This document shows, one piece after another, positions 54,267 through 64,000 of a DNA stretch of 64,000 nucleotides. The notes beneath the pieces were generated by a model. The model was not told the origin of the DNA. It saw nothing but the letters and a program-made list of their open reading frames with translations, and did no database searches. Numbering within the stretch: the first letter of the stretch is position 1; each line of letters opens with the position of its first letter. Source of the stretch: an uncultured Pseudomonadota bacterium (GTDB taxonomy: Bacteria; Pseudomonadota; Alphaproteobacteria; Rs-D84); assembly GCA_902784345.1 (NCBI GenBank), contig CACZUD010000002.1, forward strand, positions 158,183-222,182, given 5' to 3'. A program made the translations under genes and the position numbers.

Positions 54267-55009
54267 TTTTTATGCCGTTTTTCTGAATTTAACAATGTTG
54301 TTTCGCTTTTAGGCACAGGCCCATCGTATGTAACGCGCCCATCAAAAATATGTATAATGCGTCGTGAATATTGGGCGATTTCAAATTCATGGGTAATCAT
54401 AATTATTGTAATGCCCATTTCTTTGTTTAATTTTTCAAAGAATTTTAAAATTTCATTACCCATTTTGGAATCAAGTGAACCAGTGGGTTCGTCCGCCAAT
54501 ATCAATTTAGGATTGCCGGCTAATGCGCGCGCTATCGCAACTCTTTGTTTCATACCGCCTGATAATTGTGGTGGAAAATAAGTTTCAAATTGTTCCAATC
54601 CAACAAGGCGCAACATTTCGCGTGCACGTGTTATTCTGTCGTTCATAACCCAACCACGATACATTAACGGCATCATCACATTGTCCAATATTGTGCGTTT
54701 TGTAAGCAGATTAAAATTTTGAAAAACAAAGCCGATATATTCATTACGAACGGTTGCTAAATCGTCCGCGGTCATTGTGCTTATGTCTTTGTCGTATAAT
54801 TCGTAAGTCCCAGATGTTGCGCCATCCAATGCACCGATTATATTCATACATGTTGATTTGCCAGAACCGCTGGGGCCCATAATTGAAACGAATTCACCGC
54901 TTTTAATTGTAAAATTTATATCAAACAAAACTTGTTGTGTTCCACCGATACTAAGTGGGAAACTTTTATTAATGTTGTTCAAAACAATAATGTTAGTTTG
55001 ATTTTTCAT
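54263..55009 (-). CDS. ABC transporter ATP-binding protein (MacB/LolD-like)
   Basis: Walker A GPSGSGKST, signature LSGGMKQRVAIARAL, Walker B ILADEPTGSLD. Confidence 0.9.
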   Translation of the reverse strand: MKNQTNIIVLNNINKSFPLSIGGTQQVLFDINFTIKSGEFVSIMGPSGSGKSTCMNIIGALDGATSGTYELYDKDISTMTADDLATVRNEYIGFVFQNFNLLTKRTILDNVMMPLMYRGWVMNDRITRAREMLRLVGLEQFETYFPPQLSGGMKQRVAIARALAGNPKLILADEPTGSLDSKMGNEILKFFEKLNKEMGITIIMITHEFEIAQYSRRIIHIFDGRVTYDGPVPKSETTLLNSEKRHKK

Positions 55010-55011
55010 TT

Positions 55012-56208
55012 TTACATTCTGGGGCGTATCTTGTCGCCTTTGTTGGTTGTTTTTTGACCGGTAAAGCCGACAATGATTTTGTCGTTTTCTTTAATTTCAT
55101 CAGATATAATTTGTGTTTCGGTTGGTGTTGCGATTCCGCGTTTGTATGGAATAAAAACAATGTCTTTATCGCGCTTTATAGCCAGATGTGTTTTTGGTGT
55201 AATATCATCACTGACATTATCTATAATATTTTTATACGAACGAATTAACAGACCTGAATTTTTTGTTTTCCATGTGTCTTTGGCGTTTGCTACGACCACT
55301 GTTACAAATGCGGTCATGCCGGGCATAAGTTTTAAATCAGAATTATCTACATCAATCACAACAGTATACACAACAACATTTGAAACAGTTGTTGGGGATA
55401 ATCTTATTTGTTGAATGTTTCCCTTAAAAACCATATTCGGATAAGCGTCCACAGTAAAAGTAACTGGCATACCATCTTTTATCATACCAATATCTGCCTC
55501 ACTTACAGCGGTTTCAATTTGCATTTTTGATAAATCTTCGGCAATTTCAAAAAGGTCTGGCGTTTGAAAAGATGCCGCGACAGTTTGGCCTTTATCAACT
55601 TTTCTTGAAATAACTGTTCCATCAACAGGCGATGTGATTGTTGCATAACCCAAATTTGTCATCGCGCGTTCGTACGCATATTGTGCTTTGTTAACGGCCT
55701 GTTGTGCTTGTTCGTATACTGTTTGCGATTTTTCCATTTCTGCACGTGAAATAAATCCATCATGGTATAAAGATTGGTTTCTGTTATATTCGCTTCGTGC
55801 ATATTTTAATTCAGATTTCATTGAATCCAGAGAAGCCTTTGCTTCATCAACAGTTGATTGTAAAACAGAAGGTTCTATGGTTAATAAAACATCGCCTTTT
55901 TTAACGCGCGAATTATAATCAACAAAAATATCTTCGATAGTGCCAGAAACTTGTGATCCCACACTGATGGTGTTTACAGGTTGTATTTCGCCAGTTGCTG
56001 TAACACTTTGTGTTATATCACCACGCGTTATGTCCATTGTAATATATTCTTTTTTCTTGGAAGAACCAAATGGACACAGCCACCAACAAAGCAATCCTGC
56101 AACAATGATAATTATCGCAAACCACCATTTATTACGCCAAATATAATTCCAGACCCTTTTTATAAAGGATGGTTTTGGTTGTGGTGTAATATCTTGCTTT
56201 TCTTCCAT
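55012..56208 (-). CDS. HlyD/MacA-family periplasmic adaptor (membrane fusion protein)
   Basis: N-terminal TM, coiled-coil hairpin, beta-barrel/lipoyl domains. Confidence 0.8.
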   Translation of the reverse strand: MEEKQDITPQPKPSFIKRVWNYIWRNKWWFAIIIIVAGLLCWWLCPFGSSKKKEYITMDITRGDITQSVTATGEIQPVNTISVGSQVSGTIEDIFVDYNSRVKKGDVLLTIEPSVLQSTVDEAKASLDSMKSELKYARSEYNRNQSLYHDGFISRAEMEKSQTVYEQAQQAVNKAQYAYERAMTNLGYATITSPVDGTVISRKVDKGQTVAASFQTPDLFEIAEDLSKMQIETAVSEADIGMIKDGMPVTFTVDAYPNMVFKGNIQQIRLSPTTVSNVVVYTVVIDVDNSDLKLMPGMTAFVTVVVANAKDTWKTKNSGLLIRSYKNIIDNVSDDITPKTHLAIKRDKDIVFIPYKRGIATPTETQIISDEIKENDKIIVGFTGQKTTNKGDKIRPRM

Positions 56209-57521
56209 TATTTATTGTCCTTAAGACCGTTTTTTATATCCCCGATGGCAAGCGCAACCGCTGCGCGTTTTATAAACAAATCATACTTTGCGCTGTTGTT
56301 TTGATTGCGTGCATCAACCAGTTCAGATTGGGCCGTTTGCCAATCCAACATGGTCGCGCGCCCTACTTTGTACATGCCAGATGTTACACGTTCATTTTCT
56401 GTTGCTGATTTAAGAAGAACCTGTGTTTGTGTTAATACTTTTTGTGCTGTTTTATAATTTTGGTAAGCTGTAAAAATATCCAGCATAGCATTGTCGTAAA
56501 TGTTTTGTTCGCTATATTTCATATTTTCATAATCTGCATTCGCGGAACGCGCATTATAAAAATTCAAAAAGCCAGTGAATATTGGCATAGATGCAGAAAA
56601 TCCGATGCTGCCATGTGTTTTTAGTGTCATATGTTCAAACATGCCACCCATAGTTTGGTCTGTTGTTTCAACCGACCCGTTGACTGAGATTGACGGCAAA
56701 CTTTTTAAAAAAGCGCTGTTGCGACGATGCCATGCTGCATTGGTTTGCGATTTTGCCCTTAATAAATCTGGTCTTTGTTTTTGTGCGATAGAAATCAATT
56801 CGTCTATGTTTTTGCTTTCCGCACTGCCCCCAAATGTTGCCGGCATATCTTTGATTTTTATGGTTTCGCCGGCAGAAAAAGAAAGTATATTTAAAAGGTT
56901 GCCTTTGGCAATTTCGCGATTGTTTTTTGCGCGTTCAAGTGCCAATTGTGATGACGCCAATGTGGTGTCTGCTTTATAAACATCTGCACGTGCCACCGCT
57001 CCAGATTTATATTTTTTATCTGCTGTTTCTTTCGCCGTCTGTGCGACGGTTAATGCAGATTGTGCTGATGTTACACCTGCGTCCATATTTAATAATTCAT
57101 AATATGCCCCGACAACAGAATAAATAAAATTTTGTACTGTGTTGTCGTAATCAAAACCTGCTGCACGGTATGTAGCAAGGGTTTGTGCAAAATCAGATTC
57201 GCGCTTTCCAAAATCAAATATTAAATATGAAGCAGACAAAGAAGCCGTATAATCCCAATCATCATGTTCTGTATGCGAACGATTTGCCCCAACGCCACCC
57301 GAAACGGTCGGTAAATAATAAGAATGCGCGGCATTTTTTTGATATCGCTGAGATTGCAAAGCAGCGTATGCCGCGGCGGTATTTGGATTACGACAAAGTG
57401 CCAAATCAACGATTTCAACCAGACTCATTTCTTGATTTGGAACATGTCGCATAGTTGCACAATTGTCTTTTCCAAAGGCACAAAAAGGCAGGCAAATAAA
57501 AAAAGCAATCGAACGTTTCAT
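56208..57521 (-). CDS. TolC-like outer membrane efflux protein
   Basis: Two OEP repeats. Start placed at MKRSIAFFICLPFCAFG because the ORF track N-terminal extension to 57761 overlaps tRNA-Cys. Confidence 0.8.
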   Translation of the reverse strand: MKRSIAFFICLPFCAFGKDNCATMRHVPNQEMSLVEIVDLALCRNPNTAAAYAALQSQRYQKNAAHSYYLPTVSGGVGANRSHTEHDDWDYTASLSASYLIFDFGKRESDFAQTLATYRAAGFDYDNTVQNFIYSVVGAYYELLNMDAGVTSAQSALTVAQTAKETADKKYKSGAVARADVYKADTTLASSQLALERAKNNREIAKGNLLNILSFSAGETIKIKDMPATFGGSAESKNIDELISIAQKQRPDLLRAKSQTNAAWHRRNSAFLKSLPSISVNGSVETTDQTMGGMFEHMTLKTHGSIGFSASMPIFTGFLNFYNARSANADYENMKYSEQNIYDNAMLDIFTAYQNYKTAQKVLTQTQVLLKSATENERVTSGMYKVGRATMLDWQTAQSELVDARNQNNSAKYDLFIKRAAVALAIGDIKNGLKDNK

Positions 57522-57640
57522 AACATATATAAAATACCTGATTTTTCGGCCAAAAAATATCGGAACGAATTCATTTGCAAAAAGCTGAATTTTTATGTTG
57601 AAATGTGTTTCTTTTTTGCCTAAGATGAACTTACGCGAAA

Positions 57641-57714
57641 GGCCAGGTGGCAGAGTGGTTATGCAGAGGACTGCAAATCCTTGGATGCCGGTTCGATTCC
57701 GACCCTGGCCTCCA
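57641..57714 (+). tRNA. tRNA-Cys (anticodon GCA)
   Basis: GGCCAGGTGGCAGAGTGGTTATGCAGAGGACTGCAAATCCTTGGATGCCGGTTCGATTCCGACCCTGGCCTCCA. Confidence 0.8.
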
Positions 57715-57722
57715 CATTTAAA

Positions 57723-58811
57723 ATGATAAATCAAATTACTCTTACCAATTTCAGAAATCACACTTGTTCGCGAATCACAATTGATAACGCAAAAAATATT
57801 ATTATCACAGGATTAAACGGTGCCGGAAAAACAGCGATTTTGGAAGCAGTATCCTTGCTCTGTGGTGAACGCGGATTGCGTGGCGCAGATATTCAAACAT
57901 TGGCTCGTTTTAATGGTGATGGTGGTTTTTCTGTTTTTGCAACCACAGACGACGACAGTGATGTATGTGTGTTTCTGAATTCTGGGGATTCAAACCGCCA
58001 TGCAAAGATAGATAATGAAAATGTGGCGTTGTCAGAACTTGCCAAGAAATTGCGTATTGTTTGGTTAACCCCCAAGGAAGATAGAATTTTTATGGAAGCG
58101 GCAAGCGACAGGCGTGCGTTTTTTGATAGATTGGCGGCTTCGTTTGAGCCGTCGCATATGGGGCGTATCGCGCGCCTTAATAAATTAATGTCTGAACGCG
58201 CTGGTGCGATAAAAAGTGGCGCAGATAACAACTGGTTGGACGCAATAGATAAACAAATTTCCGCGACATCTGTATCAATTGCCGCCATGCGTATAAGGTA
58301 TGCCAGTGAAATAAATTATTTTTTTGAAAACGGTGCAGTTTCTGTAACTGGCAGTGTTGAAAAATTGGTGCTGGAAAATACGGCAGCTGTTGCAGAACAA
58401 AAATATTTTGAATACTTGCAAAATAATCGCGAATTGGTTGGTGATAAAATGGTTATAGATGGTGTGCATAAATCTGATTTTGGGGTATTTAATAAAAAAT
58501 TAAATTTACCGGCACAGATAACATCTACGGGTCAGCAAAAATCTATTTTAATAGATTTGATTTTGGCGCATGCAAAATTGATTCATATAAAAACAGGTGC
58601 AAAGCCGCTTATTCTGCTGGACGAAGCGGTTGCACATCTGGATTCTGATGCGCGTGGAAAATTGTTCTGGGATTTAAATGAATCAGATGCACAAGTTTGG
58701 GCAACGGGCCTTGACGTCAATATGTTCGCAGGTGTTCCAAATGCTTTATTTGTTACTTGCGTTGACGGCACAATAAGTAATATAGTTATGGCGGAGAACA
58801 AAGATGCATAA
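57723..58811 (+). CDS. recF: DNA replication and repair protein RecF
   Basis: MINQITLTNFRNH..., Walker A GLNGAGKTAILEA, signature and D-loop regions. Start at the internal ATG; the ORF track TTG start overlaps the tRNA. Confidence 0.85.
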   Translation: MINQITLTNFRNHTCSRITIDNAKNIIITGLNGAGKTAILEAVSLLCGERGLRGADIQTLARFNGDGGFSVFATTDDDSDVCVFLNSGDSNRHAKIDNENVALSELAKKLRIVWLTPKEDRIFMEAASDRRAFFDRLAASFEPSHMGRIARLNKLMSERAGAIKSGADNNWLDAIDKQISATSVSIAAMRIRYASEINYFFENGAVSVTGSVEKLVLENTAAVAEQKYFEYLQNNRELVGDKMVIDGVHKSDFGVFNKKLNLPAQITSTGQQKSILIDLILAHAKLIHIKTGAKPLILLDEAVAHLDSDARGKLFWDLNESDAQVWATGLDVNMFAGVPNALFVTCVDGTISNIVMAENKDA

Positions 58812-59274
58812 GATAAACTATCAACAATTACTGGATAACGCATTAAAGTCCGTAGTCAAAGAAGCCCTTATTTATGCACAGTATAACGGACTGGGCGATG
58901 ATGCGGGATTTTTTATAACTTTTAAAACGCGTGCGCCGGGTGTGGTATTGCCAGATTTTTTAAGAATGCGGTATCCAGATACCATGACAATAGTTTTGCA
59001 GTATTCGTATAATAATCTTAATGTTTCAGACACTGAATTTGGCGTTCAGTTAACTTTTGATGGACGTCCGTTTTTTATACGCGTTCCGTTTTCTGCGTTG
59101 GTTGAATTCAAAGATCCAACAACTGAATTTATGTTGTCTTTTCAATCGCGCGCGCAAGCACCAGAACAGAAAACAAATAATATCGAATTGCCATTGGAAG
59201 AAAAACCAGATACTGTCCCAGACGATAAACGAATTGTTTCGCTGGATGAATTCAGAAAGAAAAGAAATTTGTAA
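58804..59274 (+). CDS. SspB-like ClpXP adaptor (alpha-proteobacterial type), tentative
   Basis: 156 aa; C-terminal ...IVSLDEFRKKRNL resembles the alphaproteobacterial SspB ClpX-binding tail; 8-nt overlap with recF. Confidence 0.45.
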   Translation: MHKINYQQLLDNALKSVVKEALIYAQYNGLGDDAGFFITFKTRAPGVVLPDFLRMRYPDTMTIVLQYSYNNLNVSDTEFGVQLTFDGRPFFIRVPFSALVEFKDPTTEFMLSFQSRAQAPEQKTNNIELPLEEKPDTVPDDKRIVSLDEFRKKRNL

Positions 59275-59307
59275 AAAAAAACACCGGCATTTGCCGGTAT
59301 TTTTTTA
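59273..59307. terminator. bidirectional intrinsic terminator A9-caccggcatttgccggta-T7
   Basis: Hairpin family member between convergent genes. Confidence 0.7.
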
Positions 59308-59322
59308 TAATTTTTTAAAAAA

Positions 59323-59595
59323 TTATTTACGCAAACCCAATTTCTTAATCAAGTCTTCGTATTCTGCAACATTATGATTTTTGATGTAAGCCAACAATTT
59401 TTTGCGGCGGTTAACCATCAACAACAAACCACGTTTTGAATGTTCGTCTTTGTGATTTGCTTTCATATGTGCTGTTAAATTGCGAATGCGTTCTGTCAAA
59501 ATTGCAACCTGAGCTGCAGCAGAGCCGCCGTTATCGTGTTCGCTGTTTTTATAGGCAGCGACCAATTCGCTTTTCTTTTCTTTTGTTACGGACAT
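59323..59595 (-). CDS. rpsO: 30S ribosomal protein S15
   Basis: [58 protein letters not shown]. Confidence 0.95.
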   Translation of the reverse strand: MSVTKEKKSELVAAYKNSEHDNGGSAAAQVAILTERIRNLTAHMKANHKDEHSKRGLLLMVNRRKKLLAYIKNHNVAEYEDLIKKLGLRK

Positions 59596-59611
59596 TGTAT
59601 ATTCCTTTTTT

Positions 59612-60484
59612 CTAGATTGTTCGTTTTGGCTTCAACGTCCCGTTTTCTATACGCCCTATTCCAACAAAGGTTTTGTTTGAATAAACGCGATATAAACCGT
59701 CGCTTTCGCCCCGTTTGATAAAGCCACCGTTTTTATAAAGTTCGGTATCTTTATCGTTCAGATTGATTACCGGAATGTCCCCCAGTGCACAATCGGATTG
59801 CATCAGATATTCATCAATGCGTCCACCATTATTAACCAGATTTTCTAAAAAATCAAGTTTTACCGCATTTTTTATTTCAAAGCTATCGGTAGCTATACGG
59901 CGGATATAGGTCGTTGTAGCAATTGCACCACATAATTTTGCGATATCACGAACGAGTGAGCGCACATATGTCCCGCGCGAACAAACAACCCTGAAATTAT
60001 ACTCATTTTGCCGGCTTTTGCCGGTATATTCTAATTTATAAATAGTTATCGGGCGTGGTTTCATTTCCGCCTTTTCGCCACGTCTTGCCAATTCATAGGC
60101 GCGTTTCCCATTTACATGAACAGCTGAAAAAATTGGCGGAATTTGTTCACTGCTTTGTTCTAATTTTTCACACGCAGATACAATATCTTTATCGTTTGGA
60201 ATAATATCATTTGTTTCTTTTATGTTTCCAGTTATATCCAACGAATCTGTATCAATCCCGAAACGCATTCCGAATAAATATTCTTTTTGATTTGAACAAA
60301 TTTCTTCAATAAAAGGAATCATTTTCGTAGCGTTTCCAAGCGCGATTGGTAAAACACCACTGGCCATTGGATCAAGTGTTCCGATGTGTCCAAATTTCTT
60401 TTCGCCAAACATTTTTGCAATGCGATAACCCGCGGTTCTGCTGAACACGCCGTTTTCTTTATCCAAGATTAAAATTCCGTCCAT
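59612..60484 (-). CDS. truB: tRNA pseudouridine(55) synthase
   Basis: [19 protein letters not shown]. Confidence 0.93.
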   Translation of the reverse strand: MDGILILDKENGVFSRTAGYRIAKMFGEKKFGHIGTLDPMASGVLPIALGNATKMIPFIEEICSNQKEYLFGMRFGIDTDSLDITGNIKETNDIIPNDKDIVSACEKLEQSSEQIPPIFSAVHVNGKRAYELARRGEKAEMKPRPITIYKLEYTGKSRQNEYNFRVVCSRGTYVRSLVRDIAKLCGAIATTTYIRRIATDSFEIKNAVKLDFLENLVNNGGRIDEYLMQSDCALGDIPVINLNDKDTELYKNGGFIKRGESDGLYRVYSNKTFVGIGRIENGTLKPKRTI

Positions 60485-60487
60485 GTT

Positions 60488-63007
60488 CTAACCGAAAAGA
60501 GATAATTGTGGTTTTTGTGCATCTTCTGCAACAATTGGTTTTACCGAAGGTTTTTTGCGTGGCGCAATTGTATTTGGTGTATCTGATTCAAGGTTTTCCA
60601 AAACATCTTCTGCGCGTTTGACGATTTTTTCTGGCATCCCCGCCATCTTTGCAACCGCGATTCCGTAAGAGCGATTTGCAACACCGTCTATAATTTTATG
60701 CAAGAATATAATATCGTTATTATGTTCGCGAACATCGATAGTTAAACATTTGACTTTGTTCAAATTTTCATCAACTACCAATTTAGTTAATTCGTGATAG
60801 TGTGTCGCAAACAGTGTGCGCGCATTTAATTCGTTAAGGTATTCCAATACCGCTTGTGCAATCGCCATACCGTCAAAAGTTGATGTTCCGCGTCCTATTT
60901 CATCAAATATAATAAAAGATTTTTCTGTTGCGCGGTTTAATATATTTGATGTTTCAACCATTTCAACCATAAATGTAGATTGACCCGCCGCCAAATTATC
61001 AGATGCGCCAACACGACTGAATAATTGGTCACATACACCGATTTTTGCAGAACTTGCCGGCACAAAAGAACCAAGATGTGCCAACACTACCAATATTGCA
61101 TTTTGACGCAAGTATGTTGATTTTCCCGCCATGTTTGGACCGGTTAAAAGTGCAATAGGTTTGCCATTTAAATCACAATCGTTTTTAACAAAATTATCAC
61201 CCTTTTTGCGCAAAACATATTCGATAACAGGATGACGTCCACCAACAATTTCGAATTCGTTGTTTGTTGTTATTATTGGTCGAACCCAAGAATAAATATC
61301 TGCAATATTGGCAAGTGATAACCATACATCGATATCAGCCACTAAATCCGCCGTATTCATCAAATCGTTTGAAATGCTTCGAATTTTTTCAATAAATTCA
61401 TTTATAATATCAGATTCAATTGCTGCTGATTTTTCAGATGCACTGCGAATATCATTATCTAAATCAATTAACGCAGGTGTTGTAAAACGCATATTTCCCG
61501 CCATCGTTTGACGATGAATAAAACCAGATTCTGGGGCCATTAACGCATCTGCGCGGGCGGACGGTACTTCTATAAAATACCCAAGTATATTGTTATATTT
61601 TATCTTTAATGTATTGATATTTGTTTCGTTTATATATTGCGCTTGCAATCCAGCGATTGTTTCCATTGCACCGCTTGAAAGATTTCGCATTTTATCAAGG
61701 GATGGATTAAACCCAGTTTTTATAACATTGCCGTCCCTGAAGAATGTCGGCAATTCATCGTTAAGCGCCAAAATCAATTCGTTTGATAAATCATCGTGTG
61801 TTTCAATTTTTGCACATTTTTCAGATAAAAATGTATCAAGTTTTTTACCGATGTTTTTCACAGTGTCTAAAATTGATAAAAATTCAGAAACATTTTTTAA
61901 ATCGCGTGGTGTTCCCCTGCCCGATAACAGGCGCGATAAAGCACGATTTACATCTGGTACGCGTGTTAACACCGATGAAATTTCCGCCATTAACGAATGG
62001 TTGGTTAATAAATGTCCAATGTGTTCTTGTCTTTGCAAGATTGTATCTTTGTCCCCCGGCAGTGTACGTAAATAAGAACGCAATTTTCGTGCGCCTGATG
62101 CTGTTTTCGTTTGATCAAGAACATCCAGCAAACATGCCCCACCATCATTTATTGGCGCATCTATTTCCAAACTTTTCCAAGTTGAAGAATCAATCAATAA
62201 TTGTCGCCCTGATTTAAAAGAATATGGCGCACGAAAAGATATATTTGCACCACGTTGTGTGTTAAATAAATATCCCGCCAGCAACCGCAAAGCAGAAACA
62301 TTTTCTTCTGTTTCAGATTTTATATTTCCGCCAAACACATGTGATACAATTAAATTTATATCAGAACGCAAATATAATTTTTCATATACTGGTGTTGTTT
62401 TATATATTTCGCGCAGATTCTTTATTACTTGTTTTTCTGCGTCAGCCTCTGGATAAATTATTTCCGCAGGATTAATACGAATCATATCGTCAATAATGCA
62501 ATCTGTTTCGCCGATAAAAAATTCACCAGTTGATATATCACAGCCCGCCAAATCAAATTTCGCATCGGATATTGGTACAATAGAAATTAAAAAATTAGAT
62601 TTTTTGGGTGTTAATAAATTTTCATCTGTTAATGTGCCTGGGGTCAAAACGCGTATTACTTTGCGTTCAATATATTTGTGTCCACGTTGTTTGGCCTGTT
62701 GTGGTGTTTCCATTTGTTCAACAAGTGCGACCTTGTACCCCGCTTTCACAAGGCGTCCAAAATAATTATCGGACGCGTGCCATGGAATACCACACATTGG
62801 GACATCGACACCAAATCCATCTGTGCCACGATGTGTTAAAACCAAACTTAATGTTTCACTGACTGTTTTTGCATCTTCAAAAAATGCTTCATAAAAATCG
62901 CCCAGCCGAAACATCAACAGCGCATCCGGATTTTCGGACTTCATATCAACATACTGTTGCATAACTGGGGAAAGTTTGTTTTTTTCGGCCATATTATTCA
63001 CCAGCAC
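60488..63007 (-). CDS. mutS: DNA mismatch repair protein MutS
   Basis: 839 aa; TPVMQQY, GPNMAGKSTYLRQ, DEIGRGTSTFDG. Confidence 0.95.
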   Translation of the reverse strand: MLVNNMAEKNKLSPVMQQYVDMKSENPDALLMFRLGDFYEAFFEDAKTVSETLSLVLTHRGTDGFGVDVPMCGIPWHASDNYFGRLVKAGYKVALVEQMETPQQAKQRGHKYIERKVIRVLTPGTLTDENLLTPKKSNFLISIVPISDAKFDLAGCDISTGEFFIGETDCIIDDMIRINPAEIIYPEADAEKQVIKNLREIYKTTPVYEKLYLRSDINLIVSHVFGGNIKSETEENVSALRLLAGYLFNTQRGANISFRAPYSFKSGRQLLIDSSTWKSLEIDAPINDGGACLLDVLDQTKTASGARKLRSYLRTLPGDKDTILQRQEHIGHLLTNHSLMAEISSVLTRVPDVNRALSRLLSGRGTPRDLKNVSEFLSILDTVKNIGKKLDTFLSEKCAKIETHDDLSNELILALNDELPTFFRDGNVIKTGFNPSLDKMRNLSSGAMETIAGLQAQYINETNINTLKIKYNNILGYFIEVPSARADALMAPESGFIHRQTMAGNMRFTTPALIDLDNDIRSASEKSAAIESDIINEFIEKIRSISNDLMNTADLVADIDVWLSLANIADIYSWVRPIITTNNEFEIVGGRHPVIEYVLRKKGDNFVKNDCDLNGKPIALLTGPNMAGKSTYLRQNAILVVLAHLGSFVPASSAKIGVCDQLFSRVGASDNLAAGQSTFMVEMVETSNILNRATEKSFIIFDEIGRGTSTFDGMAIAQAVLEYLNELNARTLFATHYHELTKLVVDENLNKVKCLTIDVREHNNDIIFLHKIIDGVANRSYGIAVAKMAGMPEKIVKRAEDVLENLESDTPNTIAPRKKPSVKPIVAEDAQKPQLSLFG

Positions 63008-63212
63008 TGGTTACTTTCAATGTTTCGATTTTTAATTCTGCTTCTTTTAATAATTGTTCGCAATATGCTTTTAATTTGATTCCTTGTTCGTACGCCGCGA
63101 CAGAATCCGCCAAAGACATTTGTGCGCTTTCCATTTTTTGAACAAGTTCGGTTAATTGTTTATATGCTTCTTCAAAAGAAAGTTTTTCTGTATCCATAAT
63201 GTATCCTTTCAT
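62994..63212 (-). CDS. xseB: exodeoxyribonuclease VII small subunit
   Basis: 72 aa; SFEEAYKQLTELVQKMESAQMSLADSVAAYEQGIKL; overlaps the mutS 5' end by 14 nt. Confidence 0.8.
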   Translation of the reverse strand: MKGYIMDTEKLSFEEAYKQLTELVQKMESAQMSLADSVAAYEQGIKLKAYCEQLLKEAELKIETLKVTSAGE

Positions 63213-63261
63213 TTTTCAATAAGATAGCCCATAAAAGTAAGATTTGCAACAAATAAAGGTA

Positions 63262-63288
63262 TAAAAAAACCGCCCAAACGGGCGGAAT
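63262..63288 (-). terminator. intrinsic terminator after infC (ccgcccgtttgggcgg + T7 on minus strand)
   Basis: Hairpin 3 nt after the stop. Confidence 0.65.
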
Positions 63289-63825
63289 TTATTTTGCTGG
63301 CGCGATTATAATTGATTTTGTTCGATCATCGGGTTTTGATTTTGATTCAAGTGTTCCTTTGTCGCCAATTAATTCAACTATGTGTTCGAATAGCTGTTGT
63401 ACAGAATCACGACCACGTGCCAAAACTTTTTTGTTTCCTTTGGTCATTACGGCAATTTTCACTTTGTTGCCTTCGCCCAAGAATTCGAAAACTTTTTTCA
63501 ATTTAATATTTAAATCGTTTTCTTCAATAAAAGGTTTTACCCAAACTTCTTTTAATTCGACAGTTTTTTGCTTTTTGCGTGCTTCATTAGCATGTTTCTT
63601 TTGTTCGTATTTGAATTTGCCATAATCCATAATTTTTACCAATACAGGCGTTGAATTTGCATTGATTTCAACCAAATCCAAACCCATATCATACGCCATA
63701 TTCAAAGCGTTTGACGTTTCCATAATTCCCAGATTTTGACCGTCCGTGCTGATAACTTGAACTGATTTTGCAAATATTTTTTCATTAATGCGCGGCCCCA
63801 TATCGCGAGCCTTGCCGTTGTTCAT
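63289..63825 (-). CDS. infC: translation initiation factor IF-3
   Basis: 178 aa; INEKIFAKSVQVISTDGQNLGIM...VKIMDYGKFKYEQKK; start codon may be atypical. Confidence 0.9.
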   Translation of the reverse strand: MNNGKARDMGPRINEKIFAKSVQVISTDGQNLGIMETSNALNMAYDMGLDLVEINANSTPVLVKIMDYGKFKYEQKKHANEARKKQKTVELKEVWVKPFIEENDLNIKLKKVFEFLGEGNKVKIAVMTKGNKKVLARGRDSVQQLFEHIVELIGDKGTLESKSKPDDRTKSIIIAPAK

Positions 63826-63881
63826 ATTAGGTTTAATAGTTATGCTCCTTTATTAACACATAGATGGATTATTAAATATTT

Positions 63882-64000
63882 TTAAGGGTTTTTCAACAAT
63901 TTTTGCACATTTTGCAGTGCATCCCAAACGTCTTTTTTTGCACTTGGTTTCAAAATCAGATAATTAGGATGATAAATTGGAATAATTATGCAACCAGAAT
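63882..64000 (-). CDS. 3' end of an unidentified gene running off the window (C-terminus ...KPSAKKDVWDALQNVQKLLKNP)
   Basis: Open frame from the window edge to a stop at 63882-63884; too short to identify. Confidence 0.3.
   Translation of the reverse strand, partial: SGCIIIPIYHPNYLILKPSAKKDVWDALQNVQKLLKNP

Noticed and set aside
57522-57761. N-terminal 80-aa extension of the TolC-like ORF
   Set aside because: It would read through tRNA-Cys (57641-57714). An internal Met followed by a canonical signal peptide gives a normal TolC start.

Overview
This is an AT-rich, gene-dense bacterial chromosome segment, about 90% coding. Most genes are conserved alphaproteobacterial-type housekeeping functions: aspS, gyrB, topA, dnaG, mutS, recF, ung, nth, ileS, metG, pheST, ribosomal proteins, mrdA/rodA/mreBCD, lpxC/lpxK, fabD/fabG, accBC, mnmG, truB and seven tRNAs. 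A type-2 IleRS, scattered ribosomal and mre operons, and an orphan virB3-virB4 pair suggest a reduced, possibly intracellular Rickettsiales/Holosporales-like genome; this is inference and no search was possible. Accessory content worth follow-up:
- A four-gene type IVb-pilus/T2SS-like inner-membrane module (bitopic protein, periplasmic coiled-coil protein, GspE-family ATPase, GspF-family platform) lies between lpxC/lpxK and gyrB, with no pilin, secretin or prepilin peptidase in the window.
- A tRNA-fMet-anchored co-directional block carries virB3-virB4, then a GT10 alpha-1,3-fucosyltransferase-like gene, then two tandem secreted HExxH (DUF922-like) paralogs.
- An overlapping two-gene operon encodes a secreted Cys-containing protein with four glycine-zipper-like segments and a secreted trypsin-fold serine protease.
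- Decayed tandem repeats carry copies of a tRNA-Met 3' end, consistent with integration scars, next to a PagL-like lipid A deacylase gene.
- A near-identical bidirectional terminator hairpin, CACCGGC-N3-GCCGGTG, recurs at five or six 3' gene ends.
No rRNA, CRISPR array, transposase or integrase was detected.
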